A stretch of 64,000 nucleotides of DNA from the NCBI RefSeq assembly GCF_035594765.1, contig NW_026943823.1, positions 7,378,001 through 7,442,000 on the forward strand. The letters are read 5' to 3'. The position numbers and the translations under genes are program-made. Under the pieces are notes generated by a model, which worked only from the letters and a program-made list of their open reading frames with translations, did no database searches and was not told the origin of the DNA. The first letter of the stretch is position 1; every line of letters starts with the position of its first letter. Shown here piece after piece: positions 11,053 through 23,485 of this stretch. This stretch comes from Anolis carolinensis. Lineage: Eukaryota.

Positions 11053-14000
11053 GGTGTCGCTCCACCGGACAAAACAACAAAACTAAAGGCCTCCCAACCT
11101 AGAAAATTGACAATACAACCCGTCATCCATGTCTCTACGTTCTTACGCTCAACAAAGGACCCCCCCCCCTTCAAACAGGGAAACACCCACTCTTTGAAGG
11201 TCCAAACCCATTTGGTACTCATCACTCTTTCATCTCAAAACACAAAATAAAGAGCAACACTCTGAAAACAAAGGAATTCCATCCAGGAAACAATCAGGGC
11301 CACCTAACACTTCCCAACAAAGGATTCCCCCCCTCTAAGACACGTAACCACCTAAAAAAAGCCACAGCAACGCGTGGCCGGCCACAGCTAGTAACTGAAA
11401 AAAAAGGAATGCATTCAAACTTTTTAATGTTGTGTCAGCCCTGTGACTGACTCTTCTCTCTCTTACCTGACTCTTCTGTCTCTTTGGCCTCCGGAGGCTC
11501 TGTATCATCATCAGACATCTCCATCTCTTCTTCTCTTCTGATGCCCATCAGTTCATCGTTGTGAATGTTACGAATTTCCTAGAATATAAAGAGATGGTGC
11601 CAATCACTTCTGTATGCTTACAAGCAGATAGTGCGAGCTGCTATGTGAACTTTGGCTGGGGGAGAGAGAGGAACTAAGATGGAAAGAAGTCTAATGATGC
11701 CTTATAAAGCACAATTCTCCAAAGTTTAAGCCTGTCATCCAAATTTCCAATCTGCACGACAAATTGCTCAAATCGTTGTTTCACATAATGTAGAACATCT
11801 GCGCACAAAATTCAAGGACAGTGATAAACACTGTAGCTTCTACAGAACTTCCAACCAATACTTGGAGACTTTTTTGGACAACAGCTCCCAAAATGCTATA
11901 TGCCAATCTCCTAATCTGGATCTGGAAATGCTTTGTGCAGAGATAACAGTCCTTCTGCAAGAAAAGGAGTGATGCAGAGCCCAATTTGGTAACACTCGCA
12001 TAGGCCGATTAAACTAATTGATTATGCAAACGGATACAACCATGTAAACATACCTTCTTAAGAACTGCATCCAATGATATGTATCTACCCAGTCACTAAA
12101 AAAATGCTTCAGGTACAGTATGTGGATAGGTATGAAGAATAGGGGTCAGCTTCATATAAAGCCAGAGAAGACCATCTAGTTCAACGTGAGTGTCCAGGCA
12201 TGACGTTTTTATAGTGCTTTCAGCTGAGCATCAGCAAGATCACAAACTACAGTGAAGTCTCACTTATCCAAGCTAAACGGGCCGGCAGAAGCTTGGATAA
12301 GCGAATATCTTGGATAATAAGGAGGGATTAAGGAAAAGCCTATTAAACATCAAATTAGGTTATGATTTTACAAATTAAGCACCAAAACATGTTCTACAAC
12401 AAATTTGACAGAAAAAGTAGTTCAATACACAGTAATGTTATGTTGTAATTACTGTATTTATGAATTTAGCACCAAAATATTTATTGAAACCATTGACTAC
12501 AAAAATAGCTTGGATAATCCATAGGCTTGGATAAGCGAAGCTTGGATTAGTGAGACTCTACTGTAATTGATATCTTGACTGACTTGTCATTCTGTCAATC
12601 TTTTTGTTATATACCGATTTCTTTTGAATGCTTTAGTAAAAATTGTTAATGGACCTGGAGTGGTATGTTTTGCGATTCATAAATTTTAAAAAACAATGAT
12701 ATTATTGGTATACTCATTAAGCTTTGGGCAGGGCAGAGTGCATGTGTACCTTTCTGTCACATGTTGCCTTATGGTGATTCCATGTATTTCACAGTGGTTT
12801 CTTTGGCAAGGCGGTTTTGTCAGTTCCCTCCTCTGACATGGTACTCATTGATGGTCTCTCATTCAAGTACTAACCAGAGCTTAGCTTCCAAGACCGGTTG
12901 GGATGTGGTGCCTTTAGGGTATTCACAATATGCGTTTACTCTTATTTCATCTCCTTTCCTTTATTCTAGAGGTGAAGCTATTGTTTCTACTGTTGCCCAG
13001 AAAAATACCTATTCTTTTTTTATGAGATATATGAACAAATGACTTACCTGAGGATACCACAAGCTGCAAGGGAACGTACCTTTTGCAGAACCCATTGTGC
13101 TAACATGTCCAGTTGTTTCCCCCAGCTGGTGATGGGCACGACAGTTGGCCCAACTGTCACTGGGAGGTTCGGAATGATCACAAGCACATTATGAAAGCAC
13201 AGGGACTGCTGCTGCTGCTTTAATGCTTGACCAACGCTTGGAGAAAATGCTTTTTTGCACTACCATAGCTAGAATCCCTGAACCAGATTATGTCCATTAT
13301 AGCACCCAAAATAACTTTTCAGTACTCCTCAACATCTACTGAGGGGTTAATGCAGCCCCCAGCCTCTCAGAGTTGCCCATCCTTGCTATATAGACCCATC
13401 ATCAGGGCCCATAACCCAAGATAAGCAGAAGAGTAATTCCCGTACGCTTGCTTCCCCATCTCTGTCGGTCTCTTTAGCTCAATGTGCCTTCCAAAAGTAT
13501 GTACAGTCAGAAACGTCTTCAAGTTTCTTTGAACTTTCCTTTGTGGTTCAGGGGTTATATAAGGTACCTCAAAAACCAGACTCTGGATTACTGAAAAACA
13601 AGTCAGACCACAACCCAACTGTCTCAATTACACTCTCACCTTCAATTATATCGCCAAAGGTTTGCAGGGTCCCATGAAAAACCACATAATTCAGCACATA
13701 CCAGGTTGACACATACACACACACCTGATATCATTTCAAAGAACCAAAAATATCAGAGTTCTTTTGAGGAAAGTAAATTCAGGGAAAACAAACATCCATG
13801 AACACTCTGATGAGTGCAGCCATTGTGTCTATTAGAAGGAAATATCTAAATGACTTGAATTTACAAATCATATTAACAAAACGAGGTACACCTTGACCCA
13901 CTTTACCGCTTGCAATTTAATTTTGAATTAATCTGACAGATCCATCTTTGACCTCTGCAACAACATTTCTTTCATACCTGATAGTGCTTCATCAGGGCTC

Positions 14001-17000
14001 CTCAGATGAAAGGGAAAGGAGAAGTGAACATAATTTCCAAGTAAGAATAAGAACTGTGTTGATTCAACTGCTGTTGCCAGTAAGACTCATAGGTGCCCAA
14101 CTTCAGCTGCAACTTGATCCCAGAACATGGTTTCCTCAATGATGCCCATACGACATAAGACGTCTGTAGCTCCTCACCCACACACCAAATGCTACCATAT
14201 TTCTTCAGCTACTGACCAGATGGTAACACTACAAAAAGTGCTTACCCACACTGCATGCAATAATTTTTAAATGGTTGTTTGGCTATGAATTCCTGAATCC
14301 GCATTACAGCCAAATAAAGGAGAACATCTTTATAAAATCTATTTGTAATAATGCTCATTAATGCTTTGCTGTTATTTCAACCTTATCAAGGGGGAATCGC
14401 CTCTGACTGTCCATTCTCCTCATATGAGAGATTATGGGCTCTGAGTACTTACCTTCTGGGACTAAGCTAATAACATCCGTCGTTTTTTTAAAATGTAAGC
14501 CTACAGGCCAAAAAGGAACTAACAAAACAGTAAAAAGAAGGTACCAACCTCAGCTTGCTTACACCACACGCTGATGTTCTTACGTTGCGCTTTCGTGAAA
14601 TGGTCCCAAGCCTTTTGTTTGGATGCAGAATGGTACACGGCAACTATCTGCTCGACTGCAGTTTCAAAATCAGCAGGCAAAACCAGGCCACATTAGCATC
14701 CAGAGAAGGCAGAAGAAAGGAGTAAAGGAGTAAGAGAGGGGGATCAGGCAGGTGGTCCAGCGAATCTTTGTGGTTCTTTTGGCACAGGCCACGGCTGAGT
14801 TGGTGCTCGAGAAGAAGCCAGGCAATGCTTGGAAGGCAGGGAATGCAACAGATACACTGGATCAGGGAGGGGAAAGGCCTGATGAGAAGGACCATGACAG
14901 TAAAATGTTGCAGGAAATACCATATGTGCAACTTCACCAAGACCACGAAGAAGAAACATAATTATTTCACTTCTCATTTACAGGATCCTTATCCAGATTA
15001 CGTGTATTCCACAGGTCCATTAACTGTAAACTGTATTATATAGCATTCTGGATTTATTTTCTAAAGGGTACAACAGGGGTGGCCAAAGTGGGGGCCCTCC
15101 AGGTATTACTATCCCGTTAACTCCCATCGTAGCCAACTGTAAGGAATACTGAGCGTTTCAATCCCACATCTGGAAGGCTGCCATTTGCCTAATCCACTTC
15201 CCCCAAAGAGGCCTGAAAGTGAGTAGTCTAACCCAGATCTCAGAGGAGAAAAAATAATGAGAATGTGATTTGCAATAGATCATTTTCACCCAGCTCTCCA
15301 ATTCTAAAAGTTGATCAAATTCTCAATCTGTCCTCCTGGTATCCCGTTCCAATTTAATGTAATTTGCAAACGTGATAAGCACCAACTCTATATATAATCT
15401 GTGTCTTTACAAAGATTTGGAATAACTTTGGGCCCAGGAATAGAACCCTGTTTCTCTCCAGGATGAAGAAGAACCCTTGGTGAATATTATTTTGTTCCAT
15501 CGTCAACCAGTTGCAATCCACTAAACAAGAACATTGCCTAGTTCACATTTAATTCTAACACACCCCATATAATTAGCAGTGGGAGTTAGAATTGCCCCAG
15601 TTAATTACTAAATTCCAGCATTAACAAAGAGACCTATAGGATATTCAATAGGAATCTCTTTCCTTGAGATGAATCCTGATTACCTACAAGCAATGAAAAC
15701 CAGACAGTATTCCCAGGGCTGAGAAGGTAATCAAATCCTCTTTGGGTAAAATTTAAAATGAGGTGAGGGTTGAAGGGGGAGAAACAGAACAATGTTACAT
15801 TACCTTGAACACTTAAATCTCCCAGTTTGTAAAGTGACCTGCAGATCCTCGAATGAATGAACAAGAGGAAAAAGGACTTGGCTGCAAACCTACCTTTGTT
15901 GCCTAAGTCCCTAAACAATCACCAAAAGAACACGGCTGCTCTTAATACAGGAGCAGACTGCACAAAACAGTATCATTAAGAAAGAGCTAGGCAGAGAAGG
16001 TGGCCAAGAGAGATAAGAATACCTGTTTAATTCCCTTGAGCCTTGGGACAAAATCTGAGCAATAAAAAACCCCTGCTGCACCCAACAAATATATAAAAAC
16101 TTAATTTGTTATGGTCTGTATCCTGACAGCTTGAATGGCTATATACTCTCTGCATCTGCTAAAACTTGTGCCTTCAATGCCCTGAGTACATTGAATCCTA
16201 CATACCTCAGAGACCATAGTTTCCTCTATGTCTCACTGCATCTTAAGATCATCCCAATGTGCTCTCCTGACTGAACCACTGCTATATCAAATTGAGAAAC
16301 AAAAATGTGCACAGCGATTTATTTGTATGGTTGATGACGGCCTCATTTTCTCCAGTAACTCACCAAAATAAAATTCTGATAGGTTTCTAGAAGTCTTAGT
16401 AAGTTTCACTTCATTTTAAAAGTACTTCAAGATGTCCAGTTTTGTGTTACAAATTCCTACAGCCGTTTATACATTTTTGTTGATTTTTCTGGCTATCTTA
16501 CACCATTGTTAGTTCCCAATCAAAGCACATTTTTGAAATAAAGGGAATAATAAAAATTAAAATAAAACATGGTCTAAAATAAAGGGAATATTCTTCCTAG
16601 ATCTATATCTCCCCTCCCCCTCAATAAAGCATAGATGTTATAAATCCATCAAAAAAGATTTTGGAAACTTATTACAATGCTCATGCACTTACACTGAGCA
16701 AGAATCCCTGACAGTGCAAGCTTGAATCTCTCCTTTGCTTCCTCTATATCCTTTTCATGGGTCGCTTTCTCATTCATAAGTCGACGGATGTGGCTGTTGA
16801 CTGACTGGATCATGGAGTAAAAGTTATTTGCGCTCCGCCTGTTGACTTCTCCACGCTCGATCCAAGTCAGCAACGTCTGCACAGCCTCCAGAAACTTGGA
16901 ATCATCTGACCCAAGAAGAAAACACAGTTATTTGCGAAGTACATATTTTAAATCTTCCCTCTTCCGGCAGAAAAAATGGAAATCAAAGATACAGAATGGG

Positions 17001-20000
17001 GGACGCCTGGCTTGACAGCAGTGTGTGCGAAAAAGACCTTGGAGTCGTCGTGGACAACAAGTTAAATATGAGCCTACAATGTGATGCGGCAGCTAAAAAA
17101 GCCAATGGGATTTTGGCCTGCATCAATAGGGGAATAGATCCAGGGAAGTCATGCTCCCCTCTATTCTGCCTTGGTCAGATCACACCTGGAATACTGTGTC
17201 CAATTTTGGGCACCACAGATGAAGGGAGATGTTGACAAGCTGGAAAGCGTCCAGAGGAGGGCGACTAAAATGATTAAGGGTCCGGAGAACAAGCCCTATG
17301 AGGAGAGGCTTAAAGAGCTGGGCATGTTTAGCCTGCAGAAGAGAAGGCTGAGAGGAGACATGATAGCCATGTACAAATACGTGAAGGGAAGTCATAGGGA
17401 GGAGGGAGCAAGCTTGTTTTCTGCTGCCCTGCAGACTAGGACACAGAACAATGGCTTCAAACTACAGGAAAGGAGATTCCACCTGAACATCAGGAAGAAC
17501 TTCCTCACAGTGAGGGCTGTTCGGCAGTGGAACTCTCTCCCCCAGACTGTGGTGGAGGCTCCTTCTTTGGAAGCTTTTAAGCAGAGGCTGGATGGCCATC
17601 TGTCGGGGGTGCTTTGAATGCGATTTCCTGCTTCTTAGCAGGGGGTTGGACTAGATGGCCCATGAGGTCTCTTCCAACTCTACTATTCTATGATTCTATG
17701 ATTCCCAGGTAATTATATTTATAAGACAACAATGTAAGAGTCATCTGACATGGTACACTCAAGGATGATAAACTCTGGCAGGTTTTAATTTGGGAATTTA
17801 GCAGCACAGCCTGGATTTCATCTATGTCAACATGGATAAAAGCCAAAGATCAGTGGTTGGATATGTGGTTTACATGCAGTAGATCCCAGGTTGAACTCCC
17901 ACAACTCCTGGTTAAAAGGGCCAGAAAGCAGGTGAAAATAAAAACCTTTGTATGAGAACCAGATAACTGTCTAATTTCAGTTGAAAATAGTGAGCTAGAC
18001 AGATTAACTAACTGAATACATATTATATCTGTTTCCTATGCTATCGTCATGCTGAGGTACCAGTCTGCACAACCTGTGGCCCTCCAGGGGTTTGGGACTC
18101 CAACTACCAGAAGCCATATCCAGCTTGTCCAATGGTCAGGAATTCTGGGAGCTGAAGTCCAAAACACCTGGAGGGTTGTGCAGAATTAGTTAAACATACT
18201 CCTCTGCAGTCTTGAATACCTTTTAGTTTCTCAGCAACTATACTACATTCATGATCTGAATAGTGGACCACAGGAGGTGGGGAAGGAGGGTGGAACTGCT
18301 CTTCGGCCATCCTCCTGCGATGACGTTCTTCTCGGGCCAACATGCGCTGCTTGCATTCCCACTCATAGAGATCATCTCGGGCTTGTGCAAAATCCACATG
18401 GAGGCGGCCTGTGTCCTTTTTGTCAGTGCTGGAGCCCAATCTGATGCGATAACCTGGCAATAATGGATAGAGAAATAACCTTTGGCACTCACTTTGTGAT
18501 CCAACTCTTGCTCTGCTGCCTACTAGTAACATAGACAAAGAGGCAACAGTCTGCTCATCCGGGAATTTCAATTCAGAGGAAATACATGCTACAATAATTT
18601 AGCTCCAGTAGGATTTGTGTTCATTTTTGATGCATAAAGGAACGTTGTCTACTATGCTCAGTCACATATAATTTTTTTCATCTTATCAATACAGTAGAGT
18701 CTCACTTATCCAAGCTAAACGGGCCGGCAGAAGCTTGGATAAGCGACTATCTTGGATAATAAGGAGGGATTAAGGAAAAGCCTATTACACATCAAATTAG
18801 GTTATGATTTTACAAATTAAGCACCATAACATCATGTTATACAACAAATTTGACAGAAAAAGCAGTTCAATACGCAGTAATGTTATGTTGTAATTACTGT
18901 ATTTACGAATTTAGCACCAAAATATCACGATATATTGAAAACATTGACTACAAAAATGGCTTGGATTATCCAGAAACTTGGATAAGCGAGGCTTGGATAA
19001 GTGAGACTCTACTGTAATTACATCAGTTATAATAATAATTTACAGTTGTAAAAAAGTGAGCTTAGCCTTGGTGGTCTTTCCAACTATAATTCTATGCTTG
19101 AAACAGATGAAATATTTCTGGAGTTATGTAAATATCTTGCACACATTATTTGAAAATGAAATAAGAAAATAAAATGCAGCAGGCAAGTAGGCTCTGCAAC
19201 TAAGAATACCTACCAGACAGATAGATAGCCTTGTCCACCATGTACTCCTCAGCAAAACGGATGTGGCAAAAATGCTTTTTACTTTTTCGAAGGGCTATGA
19301 TCTCTCCACACTGCTCAAAAATCTCTACGATTGTCTCTTCTGTCCCATTTTCTGGCAGGCCTCCAACGAATACTGTCTTGCATCCTGGAGGTCTTTCCCT
19401 TGTAGTGGGAGGGGGAAGGTCTAAGAACAGCAAGGAACATGATACTGAAGCTTGCCACAAGCAGAAGGCATTTGATCTTCATTTACAATCTGACAACAAC
19501 TGCTCTGCATTCAAATGTGTCAGAAGACTTGGCCAACTCTACTGGCTTCCCTCTGCCTTTACATACTGAAAGCTAAGATCTTTCCAGCAGAGTGTAGTAC
19601 CCGAAGCAAAAAGGATCCTTTTGTTTATTTGGCGACAGCTCACTGATGGATTGCTACTAAAAATAAACTACATGAAACATGCAAACAAATGCACGTATCT
19701 AGTCCATATAACCCTGGCAACCCAGCTGCTGGGATGAGAACCATTCCCCACCCCTTTCTCTATCTCCTGCAGTTACTTTAGTAGGGCTCACTTGGGTTTG
19801 GCGGGAAGAGTGTGCAACTTTTGCAGTGAATGATCTCCTTAGCCACAGGCATATCTGATGGAATTGGTGGCGGCACCATTCCTAAGCCAGGCATCAGAGG
19901 ATTAATTGGTGGGATCCCTGTCATCATTCCAAGGGCAGGGTCAAAGTCTGAAAAACAGAAATCAAGAAACAAGATTTATTTTGGCTGCAGTCACTTAGGA

Positions 20001-20581
20001 ATTCCTTCAGCATTTGAAACATATAACATCAGAGCTTTTTAAAGCTTCAAAAAGTAACAACTCCTAGCAGATCTAATGGAGAATACAAACAATGTTTCCG
20101 GCACTATAGGAATGGATAGGAAAAAGGAAAGTCTTAGGCTCTTTTATCAATGCCATATAAAATCCAGATTATTTGCTTTGAACTGGATTATATGACAGTG
20201 TAGACTCATATAATCCAGTTCAAAGAAGATAATGTGGATTATGATAATATGACAAATGTAGATCAAGCCTTGGTAAGACTTCCTTCAGAAGGATACATAT
20301 GGTCTCCTTTGCAATTTAGTGCAGAGATTCTTCCTACTTGAAACGTAGGATTGAATCCTTCAAGGAATAGTTTCCATGTATTCGATGAATCCGATTCTCT
20401 GTCCTTACTTTACATACATTATCCTAAGAACAACTAAGCTTGGCCTACTTGCAGAAACAATGGTGGGCCAAGGAAACCACCTACCTGACAAGAGGGGATC
20501 TCCCGCTATTCCCACTGGGGCAATCCCCAAGTTATTCATGGCAGTGGCCCACGCTGTTGGATCAGACATGCCCAGATCCAT
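7302..20581 (-). CDS. ENOX2: Ecto-NOX disulfide-thiol exchanger 2 (tNOX), RRM-containing, 581 aa from ATG 20581
   Basis: Exons (minus): 20616/ATG 20581-20485, 19947-19792, 19420-19214, 18453-18220, 16905-16693, 14655-14549, 11578-11467, 10290-10109, 10026-9919, 8891-8783, 7672-7587, 7436-7302 (TGA). All GT-AG with consistent phases. Motifs [56 protein letters not shown] match ENOX2 better than ENOX1. Confidence 0.95.
7730..8053 (+). mobile_element. Tc1/mariner MITE
   Basis: Same family TIRs, TA TSD. Confidence 0.85.
8294..8607 (-). mobile_element. Sauria SINE
   Basis: Reverse copy with (ACCTTT) tail and 13-bp TSD AGCATTAACTTAG. Confidence 0.85.
10674..10996 (-). mobile_element. Tc1/mariner MITE inside a (TA)n tract
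   Basis: Same family TIRs. Confidence 0.85.
10997..11391 (+). mobile_element. Non-autonomous Helitron-like element
   Basis: 3' hairpin GCCAC..GTGGC followed by CTAG|T at 11388-11392, (GATA)n near the 5' end. Same 3' end is seen at 63968-64000. Confidence 0.6.
12250..12563 (+). mobile_element. Tc1/mariner MITE
   Basis: Same family TIRs, TA TSD. Confidence 0.85.
16966..17703 (+). mobile_element. CR1 LINE 3' fragment
   Basis: [14 protein letters not shown]...WNSLP...FKQRLD ORF2 end, (ATTCTATG)n tail. Confidence 0.9.
18692..19014 (+). mobile_element. Tc1/mariner MITE
   Basis: Same family TIRs, TA TSD. Confidence 0.85.
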
Positions 20582-22404
20582 GGGAGGCGAATCAAGGCTC
20601 AGAGTTTGGATGCTGTCTGCAGAGAAAGGGATTATTACAGAATTACTTTGTTATGAAAGAAAAAAAGGAGAGATACATTTTAAAAAAAATTTCTTTGAAG
20701 TTGGAGGATCTTTCTGTGTAGTGACTAAAGCCTCTTCCACACAGATCTATAAAATCCACACTGAACTGGATTATATGGCAGTGTGGACTCAGATAATCCA
20801 GTTCAAAGCAGATATTGTGGATTATCCACCTTGATATTCTGGATTGCATGGCTGTGTGGAAGGGCTCTAAGCTTCTCAGAATGCAATGCAAAAATTTCAC
20901 CATGTTTTCAATTCAAAGAATTTGACACAACCCACATTTGCCTACCTTTTCCTCACTCAGGAATTATCCCACCACCACCTACTGCGTGCCTTGTTCATTT
21001 CAGGATCACGGTTTTAGGTTTAAAACCCAGACCTCTAAATAGAACCTTACTAGCACTTATGATCCCAACGTGATCCCCTGATGGCAGCTGCATAACCCCT
21101 AAAAAAAAAAAGCCTAGGCCATGATCCAGGGAAACGTCCATGTGTTATTTCCATGCTGAAAGGTATTTGGCAAAATCCCTTCAACTAAGCACTCACATTG
21201 CCAAATGCCTGACCTAATTTTTAAACTGCCCACTCCCCTCGGTCCCTCCCCAAATTTCTCAAGTCATCAAAATGTCTGATGCAATAGCAGTTTAAAATGT
21301 GTATGGCCCACTAAGTTGTTTCAGTTCTTGCACTAAATGTTTATATTGCTACAGAGAAGACTACTCAGGATTAATCCAGAACACCCTACATACCTCTCAT
21401 TTGCTTTCCTTTAATGGGCAAAAGAGTGCATCTATATACTGCGGAATAAATGCAGGTTGACACCACCTTAACTACCATGGCTCATTGCTATGGAATCCCC
21501 GGAGATATAATTTTACAAGGTCTTTAGCCTTCGATCCTACCAAACTACAACTCTCAGGATTTGATAGTGTTGCGCTATGGCAGTTAGAGTGATATCAAAT
21601 TGCATTTTCAAGACAAACCTTAAAATCTAAAGTCTCCTCGATCTGCTCAAAGACACTAAGACTGCCTTCCCAAGCAGAAACAGTAAGAAAAATATGATAC
21701 ACTTTTGCTACTGCATATTCAACCCGTCCAACAAAAATAAACCCACAACACACAGATTCATCCTGACTCAAGCACATAACCCGTTATGATGCACTGACGA
21801 CTGGATATCAGGTGACAAGTAACAGAAATCCTGGAACTCAAGGCTCCTGCAGGGAGGGGGCAAAGTACAATCCTTCTTTTTTCATACTGAGAGATGGTCT
21901 CTGCTTAGATCAGGTAATAACATTTTGCCAGTAAGAAACACACTGCCCTACTCTACACCTATCCCAACCTACCTGGATGCATATCCACCCGCTTTCGTTT
22001 CTGGCTTGTCTCGCCTCCATTTTCAGCAGGGTGAATCCTGCTGTTATATGGCAGGGGTTTGCTGTTGCCGTGGTCAAAAGGCAGGTGCTCTATCCCTAAG
22101 AATGAGAGGAAAAGAAGGAACAACTTATGGTATTTCTCTATCACACCAGCGTTGATTCAGTGGTTTCTCTGCTGAATTGGAACTTGGAGGATCCAGATTC
22201 CACTCCTCTCCAGGTAACTCAGCCTGACTTGTCTCACAAGGTCTGGTAAGCAAATAGGGAAGAAGGCGATCCATCACGTTACCTGCTCCCATCCGAATGG
22301 GCCCCAGGTAGAGTACACTGACACAACGCTAGCATATCTTCATACTGTCTAGTCCCATTGAAGCACCTTGAGACCCTATTTTAAAGTAGCTTAAGTTCAG
22401 GTTA

Positions 22405-22734
22405 GGAGCCCCAGTGGCGAAGTGTGTTAAAGCACTGAGCTGCTGATCTTGCAGACCAAAAGGTTGCAGGTTCAAATCCCGGGAGCGGAGTGAGCACCCA
22501 CTGTTACCTCCAGCTTCTGCCAACCTAGTAGTTCGAAAACATGTCAATGTGAGTAGATCAATAGGTACCACTCTGGAGGGAAGGTAACGGCGCTCCATGC
22601 AGTCATGCTGGCCACATGACCTTGGAGGTGTCTACGGACAATGCCAGCTCTTCAGCTTAGAAATAGAGATGAGCACCAACCCCCAGAGTCAGACATGACT
22701 GGACTTAAGGTCAGGGGAAACCTTTACCTTTACC
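22405..22734 (+). mobile_element. Sauria SINE
   Basis: Full length, ACCTTT tail, degenerate TSD CTTAAGTT. Confidence 0.85.
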
Positions 22735-22808
22735 TTAAGTTTAGTTTAGCTTCATAAGTACCAGGAAGATCCAAGTATAATACAAGAATTCTTATAGTGG
22801 ATCATCAG

Positions 22809-23485
22809 CAAGATCTTGGAGTCCTTGTGGACAACAAGTTGAACATGAGCCAGCAATGTGATGCAGCTGTTAAGAAAGCCAACGGGATTCTGGCCTGCAT
22901 AAATAGGGGTATAGCATCTAGATCCAGGGAAGTCATGCTCCCCTCTATTCTGCCTTGGTCAGACCACGCCTGGAATATTGTGTCCAATTCTGGGCACCAC
23001 AGTTGAAGGGAGATGTTGACAAGCTGGAAAGCGTCCAGAGGAGGGCAACTAAAATGATGAAGGGTCTGGAGAACAAGCCCTATGAGGAGAGGCTTAAAGA
23101 ACTGGGCATGTTTAGCCTGCAGAAGAGAAGGCTGAGAGGAGACATGATAGCCATGTACAAATATGTGAGGGGAAGTCATAGGGAGGAGGGAGCAAGCTTG
23201 TTTTCTGCTGCCCCGCAGACTAGGACGCGGAACAATAGCTTCAAACTACAGGAAAGGAGATTCCACCTGAACATCAGGAAGAACTTCCTCACTGTGAGAA
23301 GAGCTGTTCAGCAGTGGAACTCTCTCTCCCGGGCTGTGGTGGAGGCTCCTTCTTTGGATGCTTTTAAACAGAGGCTGGATGGCCATCTGTCGGGGGTGCT
23401 TTGAATGCGATTTCCTGCTTCTTGGCAGGGGGTTGGACTGGATGGCCCATGAGGTCTCTTCCAACTCTACTATTCTATGATTCTA
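22809..23485 (+). mobile_element. CR1 LINE 3' fragment
   Basis: Same ORF2 end and ATTCTATG tail. Confidence 0.9.

Noticed and set aside
13040-13160. Strong minus-strand donor CAG|GTAAGT in an ENOX2 intron
   Set aside because: No convincing acceptor or ENOX-like frame; flanking exons already join in phase.
17171-17617. Repeated 148-aa ORFs (also 22955 and 52618) as a gene family
   Set aside because: C-terminal CR1 ORF2 fragments, 5'-truncated.
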